DNA of 54,976 bases from Pseudomonadota bacterium (GTDB lineage: Bacteria > Myxococcota > JACRCW01 > JAFGSX01), in the NCBI GenBank assembly GCA_043821645.1, contig JBDRCO010000005.1, forward strand, positions 1 through 54,976, given 5' to 3'. The first letter of the stretch is position 1. Each line of letters opens with the position of its first letter. The notes under the pieces are model-generated. The model was given only the letters and a program-made list of their open reading frames with translations, was not told where the DNA came from and ran no database searches. Below are positions 11,063-20,025 of this stretch, in pieces. The translations under genes and the position numbers were made by a program.

Positions 11063-12502
11063 ATGTGTGGGATCATCGGCCTGTTCGGTCACGACGACGT
11101 GGTGCCCGAGCTGGTATTCGGACTCACGGCTTTGCAGCACCGCGGCCAGGATGCGGCGGGCATCGTCACCTTTCGTAATGCCTTCAGGACCAAGAAGGGG
11201 CTCGGTCTGGTGGCCGACGTCATCGATGACGCGGACGTGGCACGCCTGGCCGCCCCCGTGGGCATTGGCCACGTGCGCTACTCCACGGTGGGTAAGAACG
11301 AGGTGCTGGACGCCCAGCCCGTCGCCATCAGCTACCCTCTGGGTATCGCCATGGCGCACAACGGCAACGTCACCAACTACGATGCCCTGCGCCGGCACCT
11401 GTACCAGGAGCACCACCGCCTCCTCGAGACCAGCTGTGATCTCGAGCTGATCCTGTACGCCTTCGCCAGCGAACTGCAGCAGAAGAACCTCAAGGCCCTG
11501 TCCGTTGACGACATCTTCAGCGCGGTGCAGGCGACCCAGCGCCGGGTCGAGGGCGCCTACTCGGCCATCACCCACATCGCGCACCACGGCTTTTTAGCTT
11601 TCGCGGATCCCTACGGACTGCGTCCCCTGGTCCTGGGTCAGCGCGACACGCCCGCGGGGCGGGTCTATGCCTTCGCCTCGGAGTCGACCTGCCTGGATCA
11701 CCTGGGCTTCGCCTACGTGCGCGATCTCCAGGCGGGCGAGGCTCTCTACATCGACGAGCAACGGGTCTTACACAGTCGTATCTGCCATCGTGAGCGGCCA
11801 GCCTTCTGCGTGTTCGAGTACATTTACTTTGCGCGCGAGGATTCGCGCTTGCATCACAAGCTTGTCGCCGGTGAGCGGGTGAAGATGGGCCGGGCACTGG
11901 CCAAGCCCTTTCGTGCCACCGGGCTCAAGCCGGACATCGTCATCGACGTACCCAGCTCTGCCTACTTCTTTGCCTCGGGTCTGGCCGAGGAGCTCGGCGT
12001 GCCCTACCGCCGTGGCTTCTCGAAGAACCGCCACATAGGACGCAGCTTCATCTCCCCCACCCAGATCCTTCGCGAGCGCATGGTTCGCGCCAAGCTCAAC
12101 CCGATCCGGGAGGTCATCGAGGGCAAGAAGGTTGCGGTGGTCGACGACAGCATCGTGCGCGGCACCACCTCGCGCCACCTGGTCAAGCTGCTGCGCGAGG
12201 CCGGTGCGAGCGAGATCTACTTCGTGTCCGCCTCGCCGCCGGTGGTATCTCCCTGCGTGTATGGCATCGACATGTCGATCCGGCGCGAGATGATCGCGGC
12301 CAACGCCACGGTGCAGGAGATCCAGGCCGATCTCGGCGCTGATGCCCTGATCTACCAGCGCCTCGAGGATCTCCGTGGCCTCGCCGACGGCCAGGGCTGG
12401 TGCGATGCCTGCTTCTCGGGTGAGTATCCCACCGGAGTCAGCGTACAGGTCCTCGACGCCATCGAGAACGAGCGCAGCGTCGCCAAGCAGGAGAGAGGCT
12501 GA
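11063..12502 (+). CDS. purF: Amidophosphoribosyltransferase
   Basis: MCGIIG Ntn nucleophile, LQHRGQD, GHVRYST, HNGN, CVFEYIYFAR, VDDSIVRGTT, CDACFSGEYP. Confidence 0.97.
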   Translation: MCGIIGLFGHDDVVPELVFGLTALQHRGQDAAGIVTFRNAFRTKKGLGLVADVIDDADVARLAAPVGIGHVRYSTVGKNEVLDAQPVAISYPLGIAMAHNGNVTNYDALRRHLYQEHHRLLETSCDLELILYAFASELQQKNLKALSVDDIFSAVQATQRRVEGAYSAITHIAHHGFLAFADPYGLRPLVLGQRDTPAGRVYAFASESTCLDHLGFAYVRDLQAGEALYIDEQRVLHSRICHRERPAFCVFEYIYFAREDSRLHHKLVAGERVKMGRALAKPFRATGLKPDIVIDVPSSAYFFASGLAEELGVPYRRGFSKNRHIGRSFISPTQILRERMVRAKLNPIREVIEGKKVAVVDDSIVRGTTSRHLVKLLREAGASEIYFVSASPPVVSPCVYGIDMSIRREMIAANATVQEIQADLGADALIYQRLEDLRGLADGQGWCDACFSGEYPTGVSVQVLDAIENERSVAKQERG

Positions 12503-12508
12503 GGGCAC

Positions 12509-13774
12509 ATGTTCCTGCGCGACCTGCAGTGGCTTGATGAAGACGGCGCCTGGCAGCGCGGCGATGTGCGGGTACACGCGGGTCGCATCGTGGAGCTCGG
12601 CCCTGCGCTCGACCATCGTGGCGACGAGGTCCTCGCGGGCGACGGCATGAAGCTCGTACCCGGTGCCATCGATCCCCACACCCACCTGCGGGCGCCTGGC
12701 AAGAGCCGCGCCGAGGGCGTCGCCCGGGGCAGCCGCGCGGCCCTGGCCGGCGGTGTGACGACACTCCTGGACATGCCCAACAACCGCCCACCGACGTCGA
12801 CAGCGGGACGCCTGGAGCAGAAGAGGCAGATCTTCAGACGGCAGTGCCGCACCCACTGGGGGCTGCACGGACATGCTTCTGCCAGTGGCTCCTTCCTCGA
12901 TCCCCGAGGCATCCCGGCCATCAAGATCTACATGGCTAAGAGCTCGGAGCTTCCGGCGCTGGTTGACGTCGACGCGTTGAGCCGGGTGTTCATGCACTAC
13001 CCCGTGGTGGCTGTTCACGCCGAAGACGAGCGGTGCTTTGGCAGTGGGCCACGACATGGTGCGCGACGGCCACGTTCGGCCGTGGTGCGAGCCCTGGACA
13101 GCCTGGAACGCGCCCTGCTGCGGCTTCCGGAAGATCGGCGGCCTCGCCTGGTGCTGTGTCACGCCACCACCGTCGAGGAGATCAGCTGGTTGCGCAGGCT
13201 CAAGGTCCAGGGCTTCGATGTGTGGGGCGAGACCTGCCCTCACTACCTCGCCTTCACCGAGGACGACGTGGAGCGGTCGAGCGCACGCCTGCAGGTCAAC
13301 CCGCCCATTCGTCTGGCCGAGGATCGTGCGGCCCTTCGCGCGGCCCTGGTCGACGGCACCCTGGATTTCATCGCCACCGATCATGCACCACATCTTCCGG
13401 GCGAGAAGCTGGGCCCGAATCCGCCCTCGGGTATCGCCAGCATCGAGTGGCTGCTCCCCTTTGCGACCCAGCTGGTGGAGCAGGGCCTGATCGGCTGGCG
13501 CCGCCTGACCGAGCTGTGTACGCGCAACGCAGCGGCGTGCTACCGCATCCCGGGTCGAGGTGCCATTGCCCCCGGGCAGGTGGCGGACCTGGTAGTGCTG
13601 GCTCCGCGCGATCGCGTCGAGCCTCGCCACACCGTGGTCACCGGCGCGGGCTGGACGCCCTACTGCTTCGAGCAGTTCGACCACGCGGTGTACGCGACTC
13701 TCGTCGCGGGTCGCGTGGCCTATCTCGACGGGACCTGGCCGCCTGGCGTACTGGGAGAGGAGTTGTACACATGA
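12509..13774 (+). CDS. pyrC: Dihydroorotase
   Basis: PGAIDPHTHLR, GGVTTLLDMPN, KIYM, HAED, ETCPHYL, VNPPIR, IATDHAPH, plus pyr operon context. Confidence 0.88.
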   Translation: MFLRDLQWLDEDGAWQRGDVRVHAGRIVELGPALDHRGDEVLAGDGMKLVPGAIDPHTHLRAPGKSRAEGVARGSRAALAGGVTTLLDMPNNRPPTSTAGRLEQKRQIFRRQCRTHWGLHGHASASGSFLDPRGIPAIKIYMAKSSELPALVDVDALSRVFMHYPVVAVHAEDERCFGSGPRHGARRPRSAVVRALDSLERALLRLPEDRRPRLVLCHATTVEEISWLRRLKVQGFDVWGETCPHYLAFTEDDVERSSARLQVNPPIRLAEDRAALRAALVDGTLDFIATDHAPHLPGEKLGPNPPSGIASIEWLLPFATQLVEQGLIGWRRLTELCTRNAAACYRIPGRGAIAPGQVADLVVLAPRDRVEPRHTVVTGAGWTPYCFEQFDHAVYATLVAGRVAYLDGTWPPGVLGEELYT

Positions 13775-14397
13775 CAGATCTTGCGCGCGAACTGGTGAAG
13801 CTGTTCAGCGAGGCAGGAGCCCTCCGCTTCGGCCTGTTCACTCTCAAGTCGGGCGCGCGTTCGCCCTTCTTCTTCAACCTCGGAGATGTGGCGCGCGGTC
13901 CACACCTGCAACGCATGGGTGCCCTGCTCGCCGATGGGGTGCAGCAGCTCTTCCCCGACGCCACCCTGCTGTTTGGCCCCGCCTACAAGGGTATCGCCCT
14001 GGTGGCTCTCGCCGCGGCCGAGCTCAGTCGTCGCCACGGCCGCGACGTGGGTACCTGCTACAACCGCAAGGAGCACAAGGCACATGGCGAGGGCGGTTCC
14101 CTGGTCGGTTGCACCCCCGGCCCCGCGGACCGCCTGTTGCTGGTCGACGACGTCGTCACCTCGGGACAGACCAAGCGCGAGGCCATCGAGCTGCTGCAGC
14201 GCGAGGTGACCGTCGAACCCGCGGGCATGCTGGTGTTCGTGGACCGTCGCCTCGAAGGTGATGCCGAGCAGAGCATCGCCGGGGTTCCCCTGCGCGCCCT
14301 CGCCACGCTACCCAGCATCGCGGATGCCCTGGAGGAGAGCGGCGACGCCCGGGCGCGGGTGTTGCGCAATTACTACGAACGCAAGCCCTGGGAATGA
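13771..14397 (+). CDS. pyrE: Orotate phosphoribosyltransferase
   Basis: FGLFTLKSGARSPFFFN, FGPAYKGI, NRKEHKAHGEGG, LVDDVVTSG. ATGA overlap with pyrC. Confidence 0.95.
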   Translation: MTDLARELVKLFSEAGALRFGLFTLKSGARSPFFFNLGDVARGPHLQRMGALLADGVQQLFPDATLLFGPAYKGIALVALAAAELSRRHGRDVGTCYNRKEHKAHGEGGSLVGCTPGPADRLLLVDDVVTSGQTKREAIELLQREVTVEPAGMLVFVDRRLEGDAEQSIAGVPLRALATLPSIADALEESGDARARVLRNYYERKPWE

Positions 14398-14419
14398 GCC
14401 CGAGACGACGGAGAAGACA

Positions 14420-15112
14420 GTGAATCAGCGCCAGATCATCCCCGCCCTCGACGTCACCGATCTGACCGTGGCCACCGCAGTGGTCGAGGCCGTGGGCCAG
14501 CATCCCGGCATCTACGGCTTCAAGCTCGGCTTCAGCCTGGGTCTATCCCATGGCCTGCCGCGCGTGGTCGAAACCATCCGTCGCCACTCAAACAAACCCG
14601 TGATCTATGATCACCAGAAGGCCGCCACGGATATCCCGGACACCGGTGCCCTATTCGCGCGCGTGCTCAAGCAGGCCGGCGTTGACGAAGCCATCCTGTT
14701 TCCACAGGCCGGTCCCGAGACCCTGCGCGCCTGGGCCTCGGCCCTTGTCGACGAAGGTCTGACCACCATCGTGGGCGGCGCCATGACCCACCGCGCCTAT
14801 CTGCACAGCGAGGGCGGCTTTCTGGTCGACAGCGCGGCCACCGACATCTACCGGCTGGCCTATGCCGCCGGGGTGCGTCGCTTCGTCATGCCCCTGACCA
14901 AACCCGACCTGGTGCGTCGTTTGTGGCAGCAGGCGGGCCTCGACGACAGCTGCATCCTGTACTCGCCGGGCTACGGCGCGCAGAAGGGACAGCTGGCGCC
15001 TTTCTCCTGGGTGCCTGCACACCTTGTCATCGTGGGCCGCGCCCTGCTCCAGGCTGCGGATCCGGTGGCCTACATCGACGGCGTCCTCGACGAGTGGAAG
15101 GGGCAGCCATGA
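14420..15112 (+). CDS. pyrF: Orotidine-5'-phosphate decarboxylase (variant active-site motif)
   Basis: IIPALDV, GFKLG, YDHQKAATDIPDT, SPGYGAQKG, IVGRAL. GTG start follows GGAGA. Located between pyrE and pyrB. Confidence 0.85.
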   Translation: MNQRQIIPALDVTDLTVATAVVEAVGQHPGIYGFKLGFSLGLSHGLPRVVETIRRHSNKPVIYDHQKAATDIPDTGALFARVLKQAGVDEAILFPQAGPETLRAWASALVDEGLTTIVGGAMTHRAYLHSEGGFLVDSAATDIYRLAYAAGVRRFVMPLTKPDLVRRLWQQAGLDDSCILYSPGYGAQKGQLAPFSWVPAHLVIVGRALLQAADPVAYIDGVLDEWKGQP

Positions 15113-16029
15113 AGCGCGACCTGGTCTCCATCGATGACCTGAGCCTGGAACAGATCGAGCGCTACCTGCTGCTCGCCGGCACCGTCGAGAACACCCCCGA
15201 GCGCGACAAGGCGCAGCTGCTGCTGGGGCGCCTGCTCATGGTGCTGTTCTTCGAGCCCTCGACGCGCACGCGCCTGTCCTTCGAGGCCGCCATGAAGAAG
15301 CTCGGCGGCTCGGTGGCGGGCTTCTCGGAGACCGCGGCCACCTCGGTGTCCAAGGGCGAGAGCTTTTTGGACACCATACGCACCGTCGAGCAGTACGCGG
15401 ATGCCCTGGTCATCCGCCACCCCAAGGAGGGGGCAGCGCGCCTGGCCTCGGAGAACTGCCAGCTGCCCATCATCAACGCCGGCGACGGCGCCAACCAGCA
15501 CCCGTCGCAGACACTGCTCGACCTGTACACCATTCAGAAATTCTTCGGCCGCCTCAACGGCCTCAAGATCGCCCTGGTCGGAGACCTACGCTACTCGCGT
15601 ACCGTGTACTCACTTCAGAATGCGCTGCGTCGCTACTCGGACAACCGCTTCGTGCTGGTATCGCCGCCAAGCCTGCGCCTGGCCGAGCACCTGCAGGTCG
15701 TCCACCCCGGCGAGAGCATCAGGTTCCGCGAGACCGTGGATCTGCGCGAGGCCGTGCGCGACTGCGACCTGCTGTACATGACGCGCATCCAGAAGGAGCG
15801 CTTCGTCGACCTGCTCGAGTACGAGAAGGTCAAGGATGCCTACGTCCTCGACGCGGCCATGCTGCGCGAGGCCCAGACCCACCTCCGCGTCATGCATCCC
15901 CTGCCCCGGGTCAACGAGATCTCTCCCGACGTGGACGCGACACCGCACGCGGGCTACTTCGAGCAGGTGCGCAATGGCCTGTTCATGCGCCAGGCCATCC
16001 TGCTCAACCTGCTGGGGGTGATGCTGTGA
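15109..16029 (+). CDS. pyrB: Aspartate carbamoyltransferase catalytic subunit
   Basis: FFEPSTRTRLSF, SKGES, NAGDGANQHPSQTLLD, GDLRYSRT, YMTRIQKER, MHPLPRVNEI. Confidence 0.97.
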   Translation: MKRDLVSIDDLSLEQIERYLLLAGTVENTPERDKAQLLLGRLLMVLFFEPSTRTRLSFEAAMKKLGGSVAGFSETAATSVSKGESFLDTIRTVEQYADALVIRHPKEGAARLASENCQLPIINAGDGANQHPSQTLLDLYTIQKFFGRLNGLKIALVGDLRYSRTVYSLQNALRRYSDNRFVLVSPPSLRLAEHLQVVHPGESIRFRETVDLREAVRDCDLLYMTRIQKERFVDLLEYEKVKDAYVLDAAMLREAQTHLRVMHPLPRVNEISPDVDATPHAGYFEQVRNGLFMRQAILLNLLGVML

Positions 16030-16535
16030 GCTACGACGCCAAGCACCTCTTGATCCCGAAGATCGAGAACGGCACCGTCATCGACCACATCCCGGCCGGG
16101 CTGGGTGTGGCGATCCTGGAGATCTTGCAGGCCCACGACGATCTCAACGAGATCACCACGGCGGTGGGACTCAACCTGTCGTCCAGCAAGATGGGCCGCA
16201 AGGACATGATCAAGCTGTGGCAGGCCGAGCTCAGCGAGCACCTGGTGCAGCACCTGTCGCTCATCGCTCCCGGCGCCACCATCAAGCGCGTGCGCGACTT
16301 TCAGGTCGACAAGCGATACGTGGTGTCCTTGCCGGCTCTGCTCGACAACCTCGTGCGCTGCCTCAATCCCAACTGCATGACCAATGTCGAGAAGGCCGTG
16401 CGCACGCGCTTCTGTCGCGTTGACGAGGAACGACGGCTGTATCGCTGCGCGTATTGCGAGCGCGTGTTCAGGCTGCAGCACCTGGAGCCCATCTTGCCTG
16501 CTCCGCGGCCATCCGCCGTGACGGAGCTCGCATGA
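16026..16535 (+). CDS. pyrI: Aspartate carbamoyltransferase regulatory subunit
   Basis: IENGTVIDHIPAG, SKMGRKD, Zn ligands CLNPNC and CAYC. GTGA overlap with pyrB. Confidence 0.94.
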   Translation: MSYDAKHLLIPKIENGTVIDHIPAGLGVAILEILQAHDDLNEITTAVGLNLSSSKMGRKDMIKLWQAELSEHLVQHLSLIAPGATIKRVRDFQVDKRYVVSLPALLDNLVRCLNPNCMTNVEKAVRTRFCRVDEERRLYRCAYCERVFRLQHLEPILPAPRPSAVTELA

Positions 16536-17485
16536 GTTCGACCGGCCGGCCCACTCACACGCTCGATCCGAGGCTCGCCGTGGACCTGGCTGGGATGCGA
16601 CTGCGGACGCCTCTGGTGCTGGCCTCGGGGATCCTGGGAACCACCGCCTCGTCGCTGCGCCGCGTCGCGATGGCCGGTGCCGGCGCTGTCACCGCCAAGA
16701 GCGTGAGCAAGACGCCACGCAAGGGCCACCCCAACCCCACCGTGGTACCCCTGCCCCATGGCATGCTCAATGCCGTCGGGTTGAGCAACCCCGGTGCCGA
16801 GGCCTTCGTCGAGGAGCTTCTGGCCTACCAGATGGACGCTCCTGCGCCTCTGATCGCATCCATCTTCGCCGCCAGTGTCGAGGAGTTCAGCGAGGTTGCG
16901 GGCATCGTGGCCAGAGCTCGCCCCGACCTCATCGAAGTCAATGTGTCCTGCCCCAACGTGCACAGTGAATTCGGCCAGCCCTTTGGCGCGGATCCCGTGG
17001 CCTGCGGGGAGATCACGGCGGCGGTCAAGCAGGCCGCTGGCACCATCCCGGTAGCCATCAAGCTCACCGTGCAATGCCCCTCGATAGCGGCCGTGGCCAG
17101 GGCCTGCGAGAAGGCAGGCGCCGACGTCATCACGGCCATCAACACCGTGGGCCCGGGCATGCACATCGACGTCAACCTGCGACGTCCGGAGCTGAGCAAC
17201 AAGGTCGGCGGCCTGTCCGGGCCTGCCATCCTGCCCGTCGCGGTGCGCGCGGTGTACGAGATCGCCGCAGCGGTGAACATCCCCATCATCGGCACTGGTG
17301 GCGTGAGCAGCGCAGAAGATGCTCTGCAACTCATCCTGGCCGGAGCCCGCGCCGTGGGCCTGGGCACGGCCGTGTGGTCCGCGGGCCTCGAAGTGTTTGA
17401 CGACATCTGCTGCGGGCTGTCCGCGTACCTGGACGCCCACGACCAGAATAGCCTGGCTGGGCTGGTGGGAGCCGCCCATGCGTGA
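16532..17485 (+). CDS. pyrD: Dihydroorotate dehydrogenase family 1B catalytic subunit
   Basis: LASG, GMLNAVGLSNPG, EVNVSCPNV, AINT, GGLSGPAILP, IIGTGG. ATGA overlap with pyrI. Confidence 0.95.
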   Translation: MSSTGRPTHTLDPRLAVDLAGMRLRTPLVLASGILGTTASSLRRVAMAGAGAVTAKSVSKTPRKGHPNPTVVPLPHGMLNAVGLSNPGAEAFVEELLAYQMDAPAPLIASIFAASVEEFSEVAGIVARARPDLIEVNVSCPNVHSEFGQPFGADPVACGEITAAVKQAAGTIPVAIKLTVQCPSIAAVARACEKAGADVITAINTVGPGMHIDVNLRRPELSNKVGGLSGPAILPVAVRAVYEIAAAVNIPIIGTGGVSSAEDALQLILAGARAVGLGTAVWSAGLEVFDDICCGLSAYLDAHDQNSLAGLVGAAHA

Positions 17486-18296
17486 CCAGGTCTGGTCGTC
17501 ACCCGTGCGCCGCATGGTCGAGCACAGTGCCGAGCTCAAGAGCTTCTACGTCGACGACGCGGCGGGCGGCGAACCCGGTCAGTTCGTCATGCTGTGGCTC
17601 CCCGGTGTCGACCAGAAGCCCATCTCCATCTCGGATCGCTGTGACGGCTTGCTGGAGCTCACGGTCAAGGCGGTGGGTCACTTCAGCCGGGCACTCATGG
17701 GCTGCGGCGAGGGCACGCTGCTCGGGCTGCGCGGGCCCTACGGCCACGGCTTCGAGTTGCTCGATAATGCCCTGCTCGTCGGCGGAGGCTGCGGTGTGGC
17801 CCCCCTTCGCTTTCTGCACCGCCGACTGGTCGAGAACAACCTGAATCCGACCTTGCTCATGGCCGGACGTACACGCCGCGACGTGCTCTTCATCGACGAC
17901 CTCGCGGCCTCGGCCGAGCTCGACGCTGCCGTGCAGCTGTGCACCAACGATGGCTCGGGCGGGCGCCGGGGTCTGGTGACGGAGGCCCTGGACCAGGTCA
18001 TCGAGGCCCGCAGGCCCGCCGCGGTGTGCGCCGCCGGGCCCGAACCCATGATGGTGCGTGTGCTCGAGATCGCCCGCCGCCACAAGAAACCCATACAGCT
18101 CAGCATCGAGCGCTACATGAAGTGCGGCCTGGGTCTGTGCGGCAGCTGCTGTCTAGATCCCGAAGGTCTGCGGGTCTGCGTCGAGGGCCCTGTGTTCGAT
18201 GACGCGGGGCTGGCGCGCATTGGCGAGCTGGGCCAGCACCACCGCGATGCCACTGGCGCGCGACGGGCGCAGCCGATCACGGCTTGCGAGCGCTGA
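17478..18296 (+). CDS. pyrK: Dihydroorotate dehydrogenase electron-transfer subunit
   Basis: PGQFVMLW, RGPYGHGF, VGGGCGVAP, GPEPMM, 2Fe-2S motif ERYMKCGLGLCGSC...VCVEGPVF. Confidence 0.93.
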   Translation: MRDQVWSSPVRRMVEHSAELKSFYVDDAAGGEPGQFVMLWLPGVDQKPISISDRCDGLLELTVKAVGHFSRALMGCGEGTLLGLRGPYGHGFELLDNALLVGGGCGVAPLRFLHRRLVENNLNPTLLMAGRTRRDVLFIDDLAASAELDAAVQLCTNDGSGGRRGLVTEALDQVIEARRPAAVCAAGPEPMMVRVLEIARRHKKPIQLSIERYMKCGLGLCGSCCLDPEGLRVCVEGPVFDDAGLARIGELGQHHRDATGARRAQPITACER

Positions 18297-18324
18297 GCAC
18301 GTCGTTCCCCTCTGTGACGCACTT

Positions 18325-18382
18325 GCCAGGAAAGACGTACGGCTTCACCTCCTCGTCGGCGAACCAGTACGTCTTGCCTGGC
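18325..18382. other. Long inverted repeat (stem-loop) after the superoperon
   Basis: GCCAGGAAAGACGTAC (18325-18340) pairs with GTACGTCTTGCCTGGC (18367-18382) at 15/16. Inner pairing extends the stem. No strong U-tract. Confidence 0.6.
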
Positions 18383-18525
18383 TTTGAACCGTTGCTCACT
18401 TCAAACGGTCTTGGAGGGCGTTCCCATGGAGACTCCCCACCCGGACATTGCCAGCCCGCACAGAATAAGCTCTCATCCCCGACGTCACCCGGGCCAGCCA
18501 GGTCCGGCCACGTTGCGGAGCATGC

Positions 18526-20004
18526 ATGAAGATCATCGACCACATCGACGACAAGGTTCTGCACAAGACCGTCAAGCGCTGCCAGGAGCGCGGCATCGTC
18601 ATCCCCACCTTCGCCGAGCAGAAGGATCCCTCGCGCGTCCCCGACGTCATCCAGAGCAAGCTCAAGGGCATCGGGATACAGGATACCAACCCGCTCAACC
18701 TGTTCCGCATCACCTGGAAGAACCAGCCGGTCGACAAGGGTGGGCTGTACAACCGCGGCAACTGGGTCGAGTTCCCCTCGGCGCTGACAGGTGTTTCCGC
18801 TCGCTTGATCGGCATCGTGGGCAAGCACTTCCCCATCGGCGCACACAAGGTGGGGGCCGCCTTCGCGTGTCTGGTGCCGCGCCTGGTCAGCGGAACCTTT
18901 GATCCAACCCGCCAGATGGCTGTGTGGCCATCGACGGGCAACTACTGCCGCGGCGGTGCCTTCGACTGTGCGCTGCTCGCCTGTGACGCCGTGGCTATCT
19001 TGCCCGAGGGCATGAGCCAGGAGCGCTTCGAGTGGCTCAAGGGCATTGGCACCAAGGAGATCATCGGCACGCCCGGCACGGAATCCAACGTCAAGGAGAT
19101 CTACGACAAGTGCTGGGAGCTGCGAAAGACCCGCGGTGACGACATCGTCATCTTCAACCAGTTCGACGAGTTCGGTAATGCCATCTGGCACTACTCCGTC
19201 ACCGGCGACGCCGTGCAGACCGTGTTCGAGCAGCTCGCGGGACCGAACGACAGGCTGGCGGCCTGGGTCTCGGCCACGGGCTCGGCGGGCACCATCTCGG
19301 CCGGGGACTTCCTGCGCACGTGCCACCCCCACCTCAAGGTGGTGGCCACCGAGGCCCTGCAGTGCCCGACCCTGCTACGCAACGGCTTCGGCGCGCACCG
19401 CATCGAGGGCATCGGCGACAAGCACGTGCCCTGGGTGCACAACGTACGAAACACCGACGTGGTCGCCGCCATTGACGACGAGCAGACCATGCAGCTCATG
19501 CGTCTGTTCAACGAGCCCGAGGGTCAGTCCTACCTGGCCAGGCAGGGCCTCGACGACAAACTCATCGCGCAACTCCCGCTCGCAGGCATCTCGAGTCTGT
19601 GCAACATGGTGGCCGCCATCAAGACGGCCAAGCACTTCGAGATGGACAGCCGCGACCTGCTGTTCTTCCCGCTCACCGACTCCATGGACCTCTATGCTTC
19701 CCGACTGCAGGAGATGGCCGACGAGCACGGTCCCTACACCACTGAGCTCGCCGCCGCACACCATGCCCGCTACCTGCACGGCACCGGCATCGACCACCTG
19801 CGCGAGCTGGGCTACTGGGATCGCAAGGCCATCCACAACTTCAAGTACTTCACCTGGGTCGAGCAGCAGGGCAAGACCAGCGAAGAGCTCAACGCGCTGT
19901 GGGAGCCGGACTTCTGGACCGAGACCTTTGCCCAGGTCGAAGACTGGGACCGGATGATCACCGAGTTCAACCAGCGCACCGGCGTGCTGGCCGCGATGCG
20001 CTGA
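18526..20004 (+). CDS. Fold-type II PLP-dependent enzyme, uncharacterised family (492 aa)
   Basis: PLP lysine motif GAHKVG, PSTGNY, NQF, phosphate loop ATGSAGT, HRIEGIG. Confidence 0.85.
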   Translation: MKIIDHIDDKVLHKTVKRCQERGIVIPTFAEQKDPSRVPDVIQSKLKGIGIQDTNPLNLFRITWKNQPVDKGGLYNRGNWVEFPSALTGVSARLIGIVGKHFPIGAHKVGAAFACLVPRLVSGTFDPTRQMAVWPSTGNYCRGGAFDCALLACDAVAILPEGMSQERFEWLKGIGTKEIIGTPGTESNVKEIYDKCWELRKTRGDDIVIFNQFDEFGNAIWHYSVTGDAVQTVFEQLAGPNDRLAAWVSATGSAGTISAGDFLRTCHPHLKVVATEALQCPTLLRNGFGAHRIEGIGDKHVPWVHNVRNTDVVAAIDDEQTMQLMRLFNEPEGQSYLARQGLDDKLIAQLPLAGISSLCNMVAAIKTAKHFEMDSRDLLFFPLTDSMDLYASRLQEMADEHGPYTTELAAAHHARYLHGTGIDHLRELGYWDRKAIHNFKYFTWVEQQGKTSEELNALWEPDFWTETFAQVEDWDRMITEFNQRTGVLAAMR

Positions 20005-20025
20005 GCGCGCGCCCGTCGTCGCCGG

